A stretch of DNA of 54,325 nucleotides from Gemmatimonadota bacterium (GCA_039586795.1 JBDHJS010000022.1:1-54325); one strand, 5' to 3'; positions 9,139-19,720 are shown, counted from the first letter of the stretch. Numbers and translations: made by a program. Notes: generated by a model not told the origin, from the sequence alone.

Positions 9139-10047
9139 TCACTCTCTTTCCCCAAGTATCCCCACATAACTCTCATACCGACTACGCGCGATCTCCCCAG
9201 CCGATACCGCCTCAACAACCCCACACCCCGGCTCGTGCACATGCGCACAATCATCAAACCGACACTGATCCAGGTACGTTCGAAATTCCCTAAAACAAGA
9301 ATCTAGCCGCGCCTCTCCAACCTCCGAAAACTCCATCGTCCCCAACCCCGGCGTATCAACCACATACCCACCCACATCCAACGGATGCAAACACGCCCCC
9401 ACCGTCGTATGCTTGCCCCGCTGCAACGCCTGGCTCAGCTCCCCAACCCGCAGCCCCAACCCCGGCTGCAACGCGTTCAACAAACTCGACTTCCCAACAC
9501 CCGACGGCCCCACGAACAACGTCACATGACCCGCCAGGTGCTCCCCGAGAACATCGATGTTCGCCGGCAGCTTCGTACTTGTGTAAAGAACTTCGTACCC
9601 AATCTCTTCGTACAACCCAAACTTCCGCCGCGCTTCTTCGTCTCCTGCAATATCCAGCTTGTTCGCCACGACAAACGCCGGAATCTCGTTCGCCTCCGCC
9701 AACACCAAAAACCGATCCAGCAGCGAAAAGGCAGGCTCCGGCCTCACAACCGCGAACACCGCAGCCAGACGATCCGCGTTCGCCGCAATCACCTGCTCCC
9801 GTCCGCTCCCCGTCCGCCGCCGGGAGATCTTGTTATTCCGCGGCAGCACCCCACTGATCACACAGCTCCCGTCGTCCAGCTCCTCGATTTCAACAACGTC
9901 ACCGACGGCAACCCGTCCGATCGACTTGTCCAGCTTGATCCGCCCGCGCAACGAACACTCACGCGGCACACCATTCACCTCGACGGTATACGCTCCACCC
10001 GCCGTCTGCAGCACGCGTCCCCGCGGCGTCTCCGGCGCGCCCATCAT
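9139..10047 (-). CDS. rsgA: Small ribosomal subunit biogenesis GTPase
   Basis: Circularly permuted GTPase order NKLD, GPSGVGKSS, GKHTT, DTPG; C-terminal zinc finger CRFDDCAHVHEPGC. Confidence 0.95.
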   Translation of the reverse strand: MMGAPETPRGRVLQTAGGAYTVEVNGVPRECSLRGRIKLDKSIGRVAVGDVVEIEELDDGSCVISGVLPRNNKISRRRTGSGREQVIAANADRLAAVFAVVRPEPAFSLLDRFLVLAEANEIPAFVVANKLDIAGDEEARRKFGLYEEIGYEVLYTSTKLPANIDVLGEHLAGHVTLFVGPSGVGKSSLLNALQPGLGLRVGELSQALQRGKHTTVGACLHPLDVGGYVVDTPGLGTMEFSEVGEARLDSCFREFRTYLDQCRFDDCAHVHEPGCGVVEAVSAGEIARSRYESYVGILGERE

Positions 10048-10328
10048 CCCGACACCAGCTTGTCCAATACACCCTTCACTTCGTGCAGCGTCAGCTTCTC
10101 CAGTTCCGCTTGCGCCAATTCTTCAGAATCGGCCTCCACGAGATATTCGCTCTCCAAGTGTCCCACCGGGCCGCCGCCCTCCCACTTCAGGAAGAACAGG
10201 TAGCCGCGGTGGGTCCCGTCGTCAGAGTCGATCAGGATCTCCACCGTGTACGAGCACCCGTCCGCCCCTTCGAACGCCGGGGGACGCTCGTGCTCGCCCA
10301 GATACCCGCCTAAGGTTGCGTCTTTCAT
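10044..10328 (-). CDS. Hypothetical protein coupled to rsgA
   Basis: 94 aa (TLGGYLGEHERPPAFEGADG); 4-nt overlap with the rsgA start. Confidence 0.7.
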   Translation of the reverse strand: MKDATLGGYLGEHERPPAFEGADGCSYTVEILIDSDDGTHRGYLFFLKWEGGGPVGHLESEYLVEADSEELAQAELEKLTLHEVKGVLDKLVSG

Positions 10329-10381
10329 ATCGTCGCTAGAACGTTAGATGAGGCTTGGAGACGGGTCAACGCGGAGCTGCC

Positions 10382-11581
10382 GTGAGTCGAATAATCCTGC
10401 ACGCCGATATGGACGCTTTCTTCGCCGCCGTCGAGGCGCGAGAGGATCCGTCCATCGCCGGCCAGCCGATCGTCGTCGGCGCCGACCCCCAGGAAGGCCG
10501 CGGCCGCGGCGTCGTCGCCGCCTGCAATTACGAGGCGCGGAAGTTCGGCATCCACTCCGCCATGCCCATCTCCGAGGCCTACCGCCGGTGCTCCCATGCC
10601 GTCTTCCTGCGGCCTCGCTCGCGCCTCTATGCCGACATCTCCGAGCGCATCATCCACATCTTCGAGAGCTTCACCGAGATGGTCGAGAAGATCAGCATCG
10701 ACGAGGCGTTCCTCGACGTGACCGGCTCGGTCCAGCTGTTCGGCGACGGCGTCACCATCGCCCGCCGCATCAAGCAGGATGTTCTCGAGCAGGAACGCCT
10801 CACCGTCTCCATCGGTATCGCACCCAACAAGTTCCTCGCCAAATTGGCCTCGGACCTCGAGAAGCCCGACGGTCTCACCGTCGTCGAGCCCGGCGCCGAA
10901 CGGGAGTTTCTCCATCCACTGCCCGTCGAGCGCTTGTGGGGCGTCGGCGACGTAACCGCCCGCAAGTTGCATCAACTGGGCATCTGGACGATTGGCGACA
11001 TCGCCGATTCGCCCACCGGCCTCCTCGAGCGCCAGTTCGGAAAGCACAGCGGCAGTCGCCTGCGCCGCCTCTCTCGCGGCGAAGACGAACGACCGGTGGA
11101 GACCGGCGGCGAACGAAAGCAGATCAGCCGCGAGACCACTTTCCTCACGGACACCGACGACCGCGACCTGATCGAGCGCACCCTGCTCGGGCTGACCGAA
11201 GAGGTCACCGCGCGCCTGCGCCGCAAAGGGCTGGCTGCCCGGACCGTCACCGTCAAGTTGCGGCTCGCCCCGTTTGAGACACACACGAAGCGCCACACCG
11301 TCGAAGAGGACCTGACGACCACCGAATCCGTCTGGCCCATCGCTCGTCAATTGTTCGCCGCCGCCGACCCCGGCGACCGCCCCATTCGATTGATCGGCGT
11401 CGGGGTTTCCGGTCTCCACGAACGCGAACAGCCAAAACAGCTCGGCCTCTTCGAGGACGCAGACCCGGCCGAGAATGCCGAACGCGTGGCGGATGTGATG
11501 GATCGTGTGTCGGATAAGTACGGGAAAGGCGCGATCAAACGAGGAAAGCTGATTCAGGGTAATCAGGACGAGGAAAGCTAA
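10382..11581 (+). CDS. dinB: DNA polymerase IV (Y family)
   Basis: ILHADMDAFFAAVE, NYEARKFGIHSAMP, SIDEAFLD, NKFLAKLASD, LWGVG; C-terminal QLGLF clamp-binding motif; GTG start after GGAG. Confidence 0.95.
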   Translation: MSRIILHADMDAFFAAVEAREDPSIAGQPIVVGADPQEGRGRGVVAACNYEARKFGIHSAMPISEAYRRCSHAVFLRPRSRLYADISERIIHIFESFTEMVEKISIDEAFLDVTGSVQLFGDGVTIARRIKQDVLEQERLTVSIGIAPNKFLAKLASDLEKPDGLTVVEPGAEREFLHPLPVERLWGVGDVTARKLHQLGIWTIGDIADSPTGLLERQFGKHSGSRLRRLSRGEDERPVETGGERKQISRETTFLTDTDDRDLIERTLLGLTEEVTARLRRKGLAARTVTVKLRLAPFETHTKRHTVEEDLTTTESVWPIARQLFAAADPGDRPIRLIGVGVSGLHEREQPKQLGLFEDADPAENAERVADVMDRVSDKYGKGAIKRGKLIQGNQDEES

Positions 11582-11585
11582 CTCC

Positions 11586-12842
11586 CTAACTGAAGAATTC
11601 TATCGCTCCCTCTATCCCCGAAAACAAGGCATCGACGTCGTCCCGGTCGTTATACACGTAGAACGAAGCGCGAGTGGTGGCGCCCAGCCCGAGCCGGCGC
11701 ATCAGCGGCTGGTTACAATGGTGCCCAGCGCGAACCGCGATCCCTCGGTCATTGAGAATCTGCGCCAGATCATGCGGATGAATGTCGCCCAACTCGAATG
11801 AGAGGACGCCGGATCGATCAGAGCCCGTTGGCCCGAACCCATGGAAACTCGGGATCTCGGCGCCGCGCTCTAAAGCATACTCGATGAGTGCGTGCTCGTG
11901 CTCGACGATCCGCTCACGACCCAGCCCGTCCAGGTAATCCATCGCTTCCGCCAGCCCCACGGCGTCGGCGATGTTCGGCGTGCCCGCCTCGAATTTCTGC
12001 GGCGGCGGCTTGTACGTCGATCGCTCCAGCTCCACGATCTCGATCATCTCGCCGCCGCCCTGGTACGGTGACATTTCTTCCAGCAGTTCGAGTCGGCCCC
12101 ACAACACGCCGATCCCCGTCGGGCCCAGCATCTTGTGCCCACTGAACGCATAGAAGTCGCACCCCAGATCCGCCACATCCAACGGGATGTGCGGCGCCGC
12201 CTGCGCTCCGTCCACCAGCACCTTCGCGCCCACCGCGTGCGCCGCCTCCACGATCTCCCGCACCGGGTTCACCGTGCCCAGCGTGTTCGACACGTGGGTG
12301 ATGCAGACCAGCTTCGTCCGCTCGGTCAGCAGACCCGGCAGCTGGTCCATCCGCAGCCGGCCATCGTCTGAGATGTCGAGCGACTTCAGGCGCGCGCCGG
12401 TCCGCGACGCCAGCAACTGCCAGGGCACGATGTTCGAGTGATGCTCCAGCACGGTGAGCAGGATCTCATCACCCTCGCCGATGTTGTCGAAACCCCACGC
12501 GCCCGCTACGAGGTTGATGCCTTCCGTGGTGCCACGCACGAAGATGACTTCACTAGAGTCCGCCGCGCCCATGTAACGCGCCGCCCGCTCCCGAGCACCC
12601 TCGTACGCCTCCGTCGCCCGTGTCGACAGCTCGTGGATCCCCCGGTGCACGTTCGCGTGGTCGTGCTCGTAATACGATCCCAGCGCCTCCACAACCGAGC
12701 GCGGCTTCTGCGACGACGCGGCACTGTCCAGATAGACCAGCCGGTGACCGTTCACCTCCTGGCCCAGTATCGGAAAGTCCGCCCGTATCGCCGCCACATC
12801 CAACGGCGAGCCAGCCATCAAGTCGGTAGGTCCGCTAGCCAT
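11586..12842 (-). CDS. sufS: Cysteine desulfurase, SufS family
   Basis: YLDSAASSQKP, NVHRGIH, EHHSNIVPW, FSGHKM, RAGHHC; last gene of the suf operon. Confidence 0.95.
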   Translation of the reverse strand: MASGPTDLMAGSPLDVAAIRADFPILGQEVNGHRLVYLDSAASSQKPRSVVEALGSYYEHDHANVHRGIHELSTRATEAYEGARERAARYMGAADSSEVIFVRGTTEGINLVAGAWGFDNIGEGDEILLTVLEHHSNIVPWQLLASRTGARLKSLDISDDGRLRMDQLPGLLTERTKLVCITHVSNTLGTVNPVREIVEAAHAVGAKVLVDGAQAAPHIPLDVADLGCDFYAFSGHKMLGPTGIGVLWGRLELLEEMSPYQGGGEMIEIVELERSTYKPPPQKFEAGTPNIADAVGLAEAMDYLDGLGRERIVEHEHALIEYALERGAEIPSFHGFGPTGSDRSGVLSFELGDIHPHDLAQILNDRGIAVRAGHHCNQPLMRRLGLGATTRASFYVYNDRDDVDALFSGIEGAIEFFS

Positions 12843-12844
12843 AC

Positions 12845-13156
12845 CTATTCAACCGCCACAAATACGTCGTCGCCCTCGACCTTCACCACATACGTCTTCA
12901 CCGGCCCATAAGCCGGCAACGCCAGCACCTCACCCGTCCGCACATCAAACCGCCCCCCATGCAGAAGACAGGTCAAACAGTGCCCTTCCAGCGTCCCCTC
13001 AGACAACGGAAAACACTCGTGCGTACACTCATCATGCACTGCAAAAAACTCCCCACCCACGTTGCAGAGAAGGACCGCCTCACCGTCCGCGTCCAATCCC
13101 TTCATCTCCCCTTCCCCCACCTCACCAACACCACAAACCCTGACAAACCGCACCAT
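12845..13156 (-). CDS. Rieske-type [2Fe-2S] ferredoxin
   Basis: CTH...CLLH Rieske ligands and FDVRTG; inside the suf operon; start approximate. Confidence 0.85.
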   Translation of the reverse strand: MVRFVRVCGVGEVGEGEMKGLDADGEAVLLCNVGGEFFAVHDECTHECFPLSEGTLEGHCLTCLLHGGRFDVRTGEVLALPAYGPVKTYVVKVEGDDVFVAVE

Positions 13157-13237
13157 ACCCTCCGCTACCCGATCAGCTGCCGCGAATCCAGAATGAGGGA
13201 ATCGTCGAATCCACTTCGACAATTCCCGCGCCGTGTT

Positions 13238-13690
13238 TCACTCCGTGCTCACTTGCTCCCCACCCTCCAACGCCGAATGCAACGTATGCCATGCCAACGT
13301 CGCGCACTTCACCCGCACCGGAAACTCCCTTACTCCCGAAAACACCGCCAACTTCCCCAACTCCTCTTCATCAATCGCGTCGTCATGCTTACTCGTCACC
13401 ATCTCCCTAAACTTCTCGAACAGCGCCTCCGCCTCTCCCCTCGTCTTCCCCTTAACTTTCTGCGTCATCAAAGAAGCCGATGCCTTGGAGATCGCGCACC
13501 CCGACCCCTTGAACCCCACCTCGACGACCCGATCGTCATCGTCCACTACCAGGTACACGGTCAACTGATCGCCGCACAGCGGATTATACCCTTCCGCGCT
13601 GCGGTTAGCGTCTTCCGGCTCTCTGTAATTGCGTGGGTTACGACTGTGGTCGAGGATGACCTGCTGGTACAGCTCACGAAGATCGGACAT
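13238..13690 (-). CDS. sufU: SUF system NifU-family Fe-S assembly protein
   Basis: LYQQVILDH, NPLCGD, GCAISKASAS, RVKCATLAWH. Confidence 0.92.
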   Translation of the reverse strand: MSDLRELYQQVILDHSRNPRNYREPEDANRSAEGYNPLCGDQLTVYLVVDDDDRVVEVGFKGSGCAISKASASLMTQKVKGKTRGEAEALFEKFREMVTSKHDDAIDEEELGKLAVFSGVREFPVRVKCATLAWHTLHSALEGGEQVSTE

Positions 13691-13721
13691 GGTCGCCCTG
13701 CGGTGTATTCGAATGAAGCGC

Positions 13722-13743
13722 GGCGCCTCCACAGGGAGGCGCC
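13722..13743. other. GC-rich intercistronic hairpin between sufD and sufU
   Basis: GGCGCCTCC-acag-GGAGGCGCC; no clear U-tract, so function uncertain. Confidence 0.4.
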
Positions 13744-13751
13744 TCCGCGTC

Positions 13752-15095
13752 TTAGCTCAACTTCTTCATGATCTCGCCGTGCGGCAGCCACTCGGTGATC
13801 AGGTCGATCACGTACTTGCGGATCGGCTCCTGCCGCATGCGTTCCAGGTTCTCGGCCGCGAAGCCGAACAAGAGCAGCGTCTGCGCCGTCTCTTCCGGTA
13901 TTCCACGCGCCCGCAGGTAGAACATCGAGTCGCGATCCAGCTGACCGATCGTCGCGCCGTGCGTGCACTTCACGTCGTCGGCATAGATCTCCAGCTGTGG
14001 TTTGCTGTCCATCGTCGCATCGTCGGTGAGCAGCAAGTTGCGGTTCGTCTGCTTCGCGTCCGTCTTCTGCGCGTCCTCGTGCACGACGATACGGCCACTG
14101 AACACACCGCTCGCCTTGCCATTGAGGATCCCGTTGTAGTACTGACGGCTATCACAATGCGGGCTCGCATGCTCGACCCACATGAAGTTGTCTATGTGCT
14201 GCTTGCCATCCGGCAAGAAGACGCCGTTGATCACACACTCCGCCCCTTCACCGGCCAGCACTGGATGCACGTTGTTGCGGACCAGCGCACCGCCAACTAG
14301 CACGCCGTGGCACGTGACATAGCTGCTGCGCGCCTGCTGCACGCGGACGGTACCGACATTGAACGCGTTGCGGCTCTCCCGTTCGACGCGGTAGTGCTCT
14401 ACTGCGGCGTTCTCGTCCGCCACGATCTCGGTCACTGCGTTGGTGAAGTACTCATCGCCTCCCAGCGACACGTACTCCTCGACGATCGCCGCGTCGCTGT
14501 TCTTTCCCGCCACGACCAGGTTCCGCGGATGCGTCACCGTAGGCGACGGCATCTTCGTTGACACGTAGATCATGTGCAGCGGCTTGTCGACAACCACCCC
14601 ATCCGGGATGTAGATGAAGCCGCCGTCCTCGAGGAACGCCGTATTGAGCGCCCCGAAGAAGTCATCCTCGTAGTCGAGGTGCTTGGCCAGGTGGAGCTTC
14701 ACCAGCTCGTAGTTGAGCTCCATCGACTGCTTCAAGCTGCAAGCGATCACACCGCCCGCCTGGCCGCACTCGTCGGAGAGTCCCGGCGCGTAGCGACCAT
14801 TCACGAACACCAGTCGCGCCGATTCCTGGCCCCGGAAGACGAAGCCCGCCAGATCGTCCAGCGTGATCTCGGCGCCGCCCTCCGCCGCACCGAACGACTT
14901 CTTGGCGAGCCCGGCGAGGTTGGTGAACTTCCAGTCCTCGTCACGAACGGTGGGGAAGCCCAGCTCCGCCGACCGCTCCATCGCCGCCTGCCGTACCGGC
15001 CGCAGCCAGTCCGGGCCGCCGGCTCCGTTCTCGAATCGCTTGAAGCTCTCCAGGTAGGGCTCGAGCCCCTTCTGCACTTTGACTTTCGCGGACAC
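13752..15095 (-). CDS. sufD: Fe-S cluster assembly protein SufD
   Basis: EDWKFT, AQKTDAKQTNRNLLL, KPQLEIYADDVKCTHGAT, FYLRARGI. Confidence 0.95.
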   Translation of the reverse strand: MSAKVKVQKGLEPYLESFKRFENGAGGPDWLRPVRQAAMERSAELGFPTVRDEDWKFTNLAGLAKKSFGAAEGGAEITLDDLAGFVFRGQESARLVFVNGRYAPGLSDECGQAGGVIACSLKQSMELNYELVKLHLAKHLDYEDDFFGALNTAFLEDGGFIYIPDGVVVDKPLHMIYVSTKMPSPTVTHPRNLVVAGKNSDAAIVEEYVSLGGDEYFTNAVTEIVADENAAVEHYRVERESRNAFNVGTVRVQQARSSYVTCHGVLVGGALVRNNVHPVLAGEGAECVINGVFLPDGKQHIDNFMWVEHASPHCDSRQYYNGILNGKASGVFSGRIVVHEDAQKTDAKQTNRNLLLTDDATMDSKPQLEIYADDVKCTHGATIGQLDRDSMFYLRARGIPEETAQTLLLFGFAAENLERMRQEPIRKYVIDLITEWLPHGEIMKKLS

Positions 15096-15115
15096 AGTAT
15101 CTCTAACTCTCTATG

Positions 15116-15883
15116 TTAGTCAGACCCGGCTTCAACGGGCTGGCGATCCCCCGCCCACGCGTATCCAAACTCTTCCAGGTGCAGCGCCAGCTCTTTGTTG
15201 CCAGATCGAACGATACGGCCGTCCACCAGCACGTGAACGAAGTCGGGAATGATGTAGTCGAGCAGCCGCTGGTAGTGCGTGATCACCAGGAACGCCCGCT
15301 CCGGGCTGCGTAGCGCGTTCACGCCCTCCGACACGACCTTGAGCGCATCGATGTCGAGACCCGAATCCGTCTCGTCTAGAATCGCCAGGGTCGGCTCCAG
15401 CACGGCCATCTGGAAGATCTCGTTCTTCTTCTTCTCACCGCCCGAAAAGCCTTCGTTCACCGAACGCTGCAACAGCTCGTCGCCGACCTGCAGCTCCTTG
15501 ACCTTCTCCTTGAACAGCTTCAGCGCGTCCAGAACATCCAGCTCTTCCTGACCGCGGTTCTTGCGCACCTCGTTCACCGCCGCCGTCAGGAACTGAATGC
15601 TGCTCACACCAGGGATCTCCACCGGATACTGAAACGCCAGAAATACGCCCTTCCAAGCGCGCTCCTCCGCATTGAGCTCCAAAAGATCTTCCCCTTTGTA
15701 CAGCACCTGACCGCCCGTGATGTCATACCCTTCACGCCCCGCCAACACCGACGCCAGCGTGCTCTTCCCCGACCCATTAGGCCCCATAATCGAATGAACT
15801 TCACCCGCATTGACGGAAAGGTTCAGCCCCTTCAGGATCTCTTTTCCCTCAACACTCACATGCAGATTCTTAATCTCCAGCAT
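15116..15883 (-). CDS. sufC: Fe-S cluster assembly ATPase SufC
   Basis: GPNGSGKST, FQYPVEIPG, GFSGGEKK, LDETDSGLDID, THYQRLL. Confidence 0.97.
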   Translation of the reverse strand: MLEIKNLHVSVEGKEILKGLNLSVNAGEVHSIMGPNGSGKSTLASVLAGREGYDITGGQVLYKGEDLLELNAEERAWKGVFLAFQYPVEIPGVSSIQFLTAAVNEVRKNRGQEELDVLDALKLFKEKVKELQVGDELLQRSVNEGFSGGEKKKNEIFQMAVLEPTLAILDETDSGLDIDALKVVSEGVNALRSPERAFLVITHYQRLLDYIIPDFVHVLVDGRIVRSGNKELALHLEEFGYAWAGDRQPVEAGSD

Positions 15884-15970
15884 CTATTCGCCCCTCGTAA
15901 GAACTTCGATTTCCAAACTCCCCGGTTCCCGACTCCCGAATCTGATTCGATAATTCCCACTCAAGATTCC

Positions 15971-17428
15971 CTAGCCGACACTGCCTTCAAGACTCACACT
16001 AAGTAGTTTCTGCGCCTCGACCGCGAACTCCATCGGCAGTTCTCTAAAGACCTCTTTGCAGAACCCCGCCACAATGAGCGACATGGCGTCTTCCATCCCG
16101 ATCCCACGCTGCTGACAATAGAACATCTGGTCCTCGCCGATTTTCGACGTGGACGCCTCGTGCTCCATCATCGCCGTCTTGTTCTTTACCTCGATGTACG
16201 GAAACGTATGCGCCCCACACTGATCACCAATCAACAGCGAATCGCATTGCGTGAAGTTCCGAGCGCCCTCCGCGCCCTTCAAGATCTTTACCTGGCCGCG
16301 GTACGTGTTGTGACCGCGACCGGCCGAGATCCCCTTCGCCACGATCGTGCTCTTCGTGTTCTTGCCGATATGAATCATCTTCGTGCCCGTATCGGCCTGC
16401 TGCTTCAGGTTCGCCAACGCCACCGAATAGAACTCTCCGACCGAATTATCACCCTGAAGAATGCAGCTCGGATACTTCCACGTGATCGCCGAGCCTGTCT
16501 CTACCTGCGTCCACGAGATGTGCGAGTTGCGACCCGCGCACTTCCCGCGCTTGGTGACGAAGTTGTAGATGCCGCCTTTGCCTTCCGCGTCTCCGGGATA
16601 CCAGTTCTGCACCGTCGAGTACTTGATCGTCGCGTCGTCGAGTGCAACGAGTTCCACCACCGCCGCGTGCAACTGGTTCTCGTCACGCATCGGCGCCGTG
16701 CAGCCTTCCATGTAACTCACGTACGCGCCTTCGTCCGCAATGATCAGTGTCCGCTCGAACTGGCCCGTCTGCGCCGCGTTGATCCGGAAGTAGGTCGACA
16801 GCTCCATCGGACAGCGCACGCCCTTCGGCACGTACACGAACGACCCGTCGCTGAATACCGCCGAGTTCAAAGTCGCGAAGAAGTTGTCGGTATGAGGAAC
16901 GACCGAGCCCAGATACTTCTGCACCAGCTCCGGATGCTTCTTCACCGCCTCCGAGAACGGACAAAAGATGACGCCGTGCTTCTCCAGCTCGGCCTGGAAC
17001 GTCGTCGCCACCGACACGCTGTCGAACACCGCGTCCACCGCAACGCCGGCCAGCCATTTCTGCTCCTCCAGCGGGATGCCCAGCTTCTCGTACGTCGCCA
17101 GCAGCTCCGGATCCACCTCGTCCATGCTTTCCGGACGCTTCTTCGGCGCCGCGTAGTAGCTGATCGCCTGGTAATCGATGGGACCGTAGCCGTACGGCAG
17201 GAACGCCCAATGCGGCTCTTTACCCGCCTCGTACTGGTCCGCCCAGTGCCGGAACGCCTTCAGCCGCCACTCCAGCATCCACTCCGGCTCTTCCTTCTTC
17301 GCCGAGATGAACCGGATGATGTCCTCATTCAGCCCCGGCGGAGCGAATTCCTGCTCGATGTCGGTGACGAAACCGTACTTGTACTCTTGCTGGGCAAGGG
17401 CCTCGATGGCTTCGGAGTTGGAACTCAT
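15971..17428 (-). CDS. sufB: Fe-S cluster assembly protein SufB
   Basis: [43 protein letters not shown], ends LEGSVG. Confidence 0.97.
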   Translation of the reverse strand: MSSNSEAIEALAQQEYKYGFVTDIEQEFAPPGLNEDIIRFISAKKEEPEWMLEWRLKAFRHWADQYEAGKEPHWAFLPYGYGPIDYQAISYYAAPKKRPESMDEVDPELLATYEKLGIPLEEQKWLAGVAVDAVFDSVSVATTFQAELEKHGVIFCPFSEAVKKHPELVQKYLGSVVPHTDNFFATLNSAVFSDGSFVYVPKGVRCPMELSTYFRINAAQTGQFERTLIIADEGAYVSYMEGCTAPMRDENQLHAAVVELVALDDATIKYSTVQNWYPGDAEGKGGIYNFVTKRGKCAGRNSHISWTQVETGSAITWKYPSCILQGDNSVGEFYSVALANLKQQADTGTKMIHIGKNTKSTIVAKGISAGRGHNTYRGQVKILKGAEGARNFTQCDSLLIGDQCGAHTFPYIEVKNKTAMMEHEASTSKIGEDQMFYCQQRGIGMEDAMSLIVAGFCKEVFRELPMEFAVEAQKLLSVSLEGSVG

Positions 17429-17531
17429 GCACTCATCCCTCAAGATAGCGGCCTGTCCCCACAATGCCTAACCGATTCAATCGCAACAGCTTAGGCAGTG
17501 GAGCCAACCTCTACCGATAACGACTATCCTT

Positions 17532-17590
17532 ATCAAGAACGATTCTCGATTACGGACCTCAAGATACCCTAGTTGAAACTCAATTTCAAC
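17532..17590. promoter_or_regulatory. Two 19-bp Fur-like palindromes upstream of sufB
   Basis: GTTGAAACTCAATTTCAAC (17572-17590, perfect 7-5-7) and ATCAAGAACGATTCTCGAT (17532-17550), AT-rich in a GC-rich context. Confidence 0.6.
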
Positions 17591-17732
17591 CTCCACGCCG
17601 ACGCCAAACATGGACCCCGACCCTGTTCCGTGGGTATTATTCGGCCGCGGAGATCCCACTCACCCGGCGCTCAGCCAGGCTCGGGACCCGCGGTTTGCCC
17701 GCCTTCCCCCCGCCCGAATCTCGGGAGATTCA

Positions 17733-18596
17733 TTGGCCAAGAAGAATCTGCTCGACGAGCTGGAAGTGCGCTTCCGCGAGCTCGAGAAAGCCCTCAAGGC
17801 GGCGAAGAGCCAGGCCGAGAGCATCAAGCTCATCAGCTCCATCGCTCAACTGTCCAAGGGGATCAGAGACCTTGAGCATAGCGCCGGAGAGTTCAAGGAG
17901 CGTCTCCGAATGCTGATCGCACAGAACCAGTGGCTTTCTGGCGATCCCGACGAGCGGATCACGGCCCTCGACGCTTCTGCCCCACCGTTGCGTAGTGACC
18001 GGCTGAACAGTTCAACTTACGCGCAGCAGGGTTGGAACTGCATCGCGGTCGGCGATTACGAAGGCGCCAAAGACAAGCTGATCCGCGCTCTCGAGCTCGC
18101 GCCCGACGACATGGAAACCCTGTCGATGCTAGGCTGGGCCCAGACGATGATGCTGGACTACGACGCGGCCCTCATGACATTCCACAAGGTCCTCGGCGCC
18201 AATCCCAGCGATGCTCTGGCCCGGGTCAACCTGGGCTTCATCTGCATGAAGAAGGGGATCTATGGAGAGGCCGTAGAGCACCTGTCGAAAGCCACCCGCA
18301 ACGGTTCCGACCGTAAAGCCGTTCTCTACGCCAACTACTACCTTGGCCAGGTCTACCAGGCCCGGGAGATGTACGACGACGCCGAGTCCTATTTCGAGAA
18401 GACGATCGAACTTGGACCCAACATGTGCGAAGCCCACTTCCAGCTGGGGCGCACCCGCTACCTCCACGGCCGGCGCGCGGACGCGATCTCCGCCTGGCGC
18501 CACGGCGTCGCCGCCAATTGCTACAGCCCCTGGTCCGAGCGCTGCCGCGAGGCGGTCCACGCCGTCGAGGTAGGAGAGACACCGGACCTCGACTGA
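17733..18596 (+). CDS. TPR protein with N-terminal coiled coil
   Basis: Several TPR-like repeats (ALARVNLGFI, ANYYLGQVY, AHFQLGRT); probable TTG start at 17733 after GGGAG. Confidence 0.8.
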   Translation: MAKKNLLDELEVRFRELEKALKAAKSQAESIKLISSIAQLSKGIRDLEHSAGEFKERLRMLIAQNQWLSGDPDERITALDASAPPLRSDRLNSSTYAQQGWNCIAVGDYEGAKDKLIRALELAPDDMETLSMLGWAQTMMLDYDAALMTFHKVLGANPSDALARVNLGFICMKKGIYGEAVEHLSKATRNGSDRKAVLYANYYLGQVYQAREMYDDAESYFEKTIELGPNMCEAHFQLGRTRYLHGRRADAISAWRHGVAANCYSPWSERCREAVHAVEVGETPDLD

Positions 18597-18603
18597 CTTC
18601 TGA

Positions 18604-18954
18604 TCTCCTCATCGACGCGGACCGCGTCATCGAAACCGTGCATTTCGAGCCCTGGCCCGCATCATCGACATGCACCAGCTGACCAAGGACCCGGATCGCG
18701 CCGTCCGCGTGCTCGCCGACACGCCCTCCTCACCTGAGCGCGAGCTGGGCCAGGCGCAGCTCACCCGTTACCTCGACTACTGCTCCGCGATGCTCTCGCT
18801 GGTCAGCAAGATCGCCGCCCTCTACGCCCAGAGCCTCGACGACCCCGTGGTGCTCGCCGCCGTCGATGAGGTCGAGGCGCTGACCTCGGGTCTATCCAAC
18901 AAGATCTGGCAGAAGATCATCATCCTCGACCGGAGGATAGAGGAAGGCAGGTAA
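18604..18954 (+). pseudogene. Internally deleted remnant of a conserved hypothetical gene (IDMHQLTKDP...KIWQKI family)
   Basis: C-terminal block RALARIIDMHQLTKDP...RYLDYCS...LSNKIWQKI is bounded by an in-frame TGA at 18601 and has no RBS; an N-terminus-like segment LIDADRVIETV lies just upstream in another frame. Family recalled from memory, not searched. Confidence 0.55.
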
Positions 18955-19058
18955 CGCTAGCCGGTCAAGAAACCTCCAGCACAAGTATTTCGTTCAGTGT
19001 GACTGCCTCCTATTATGGCGCCGCACTAAAACGACAACCTCGATATCAGGAGGCATTG

Positions 19059-19646
19059 ATGCTCAAGCGTTTTTCGTCTGCGGGATTGGCCCTAGTACTG
19101 ATGCTCGCGCTGAGCGGCGACGCGGACGCGCAGAAGGTCGAGAATCCGTGGTCCTTGGAAGGCTACGTCGGGATGGTGCTTCCCACGGGCAACTGGGCCC
19201 AGATCACTCAGGCCAGCGCCGGGGTCGGTGCGATGGTGGGCTACCAACTCCACCAGGATTGGGTGGTCCTGGCCAACCTCAACTACGCCTCGATGAAGTC
19301 ATCGACCGATTTCGCAAACACAATCAACACTGACTGGGACCTGTTTGGCGCTTTCGCCATGGTCGGCTACGAAATCGACGCCGGCGATGTCTCCAAGGTG
19401 CTCATCCCGGTCGGCTTAGGTGTGATGTCCTTCGACCCGAAGCAAAAGGACCAGGGCGACATCACCCTCGAGTCCACTACCGCCTTCGCCCTCAACGGAG
19501 GCCTCAAGTTCTACTACTACTTCTCTCCCACGCTCGCCTTCACCGTGAACGCCATGGGCACTGTTGCTTTCACGGACAAGGTGGAGCTTTCTAGCGATTT
19601 GGTTTGGAACTTCCCGTTGGGAGTTGGGCTGGTATTTCGGTTCTAG
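19059..19646 (+). CDS. Outer-membrane beta-barrel protein (OmpA/OmpW-like)
   Basis: Signal peptide ending ADA-Q, alternating beta-strand pattern, C-terminal VFRF; AGGAGG RBS. Confidence 0.8.
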   Translation: MLKRFSSAGLALVLMLALSGDADAQKVENPWSLEGYVGMVLPTGNWAQITQASAGVGAMVGYQLHQDWVVLANLNYASMKSSTDFANTINTDWDLFGAFAMVGYEIDAGDVSKVLIPVGLGVMSFDPKQKDQGDITLESTTAFALNGGLKFYYYFSPTLAFTVNAMGTVAFTDKVELSSDLVWNFPLGVGLVFRF

Positions 19647-19650
19647 CATA

Positions 19651-19720
19651 GTGGTAGGTGGTAGGTGGTAGATGGACTTCGTTACCACCTACCACCCACC
19701 ACTTACCACCCACCACCTAC
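19651..19720. repeat. GGTAGGT/ACCTACC heptamer-repeat hairpin between convergent genes
   Basis: gtggtaggtggtaggtggtag followed by accacctaccacccaccacttaccacccaccacctac. Confidence 0.8.

Noticed and set aside
10382..11581. dinB as part of a mutagenesis cassette or mobile element
   Set aside because: No imuA/dnaE2, integrase or transposase nearby; it sits among housekeeping genes.
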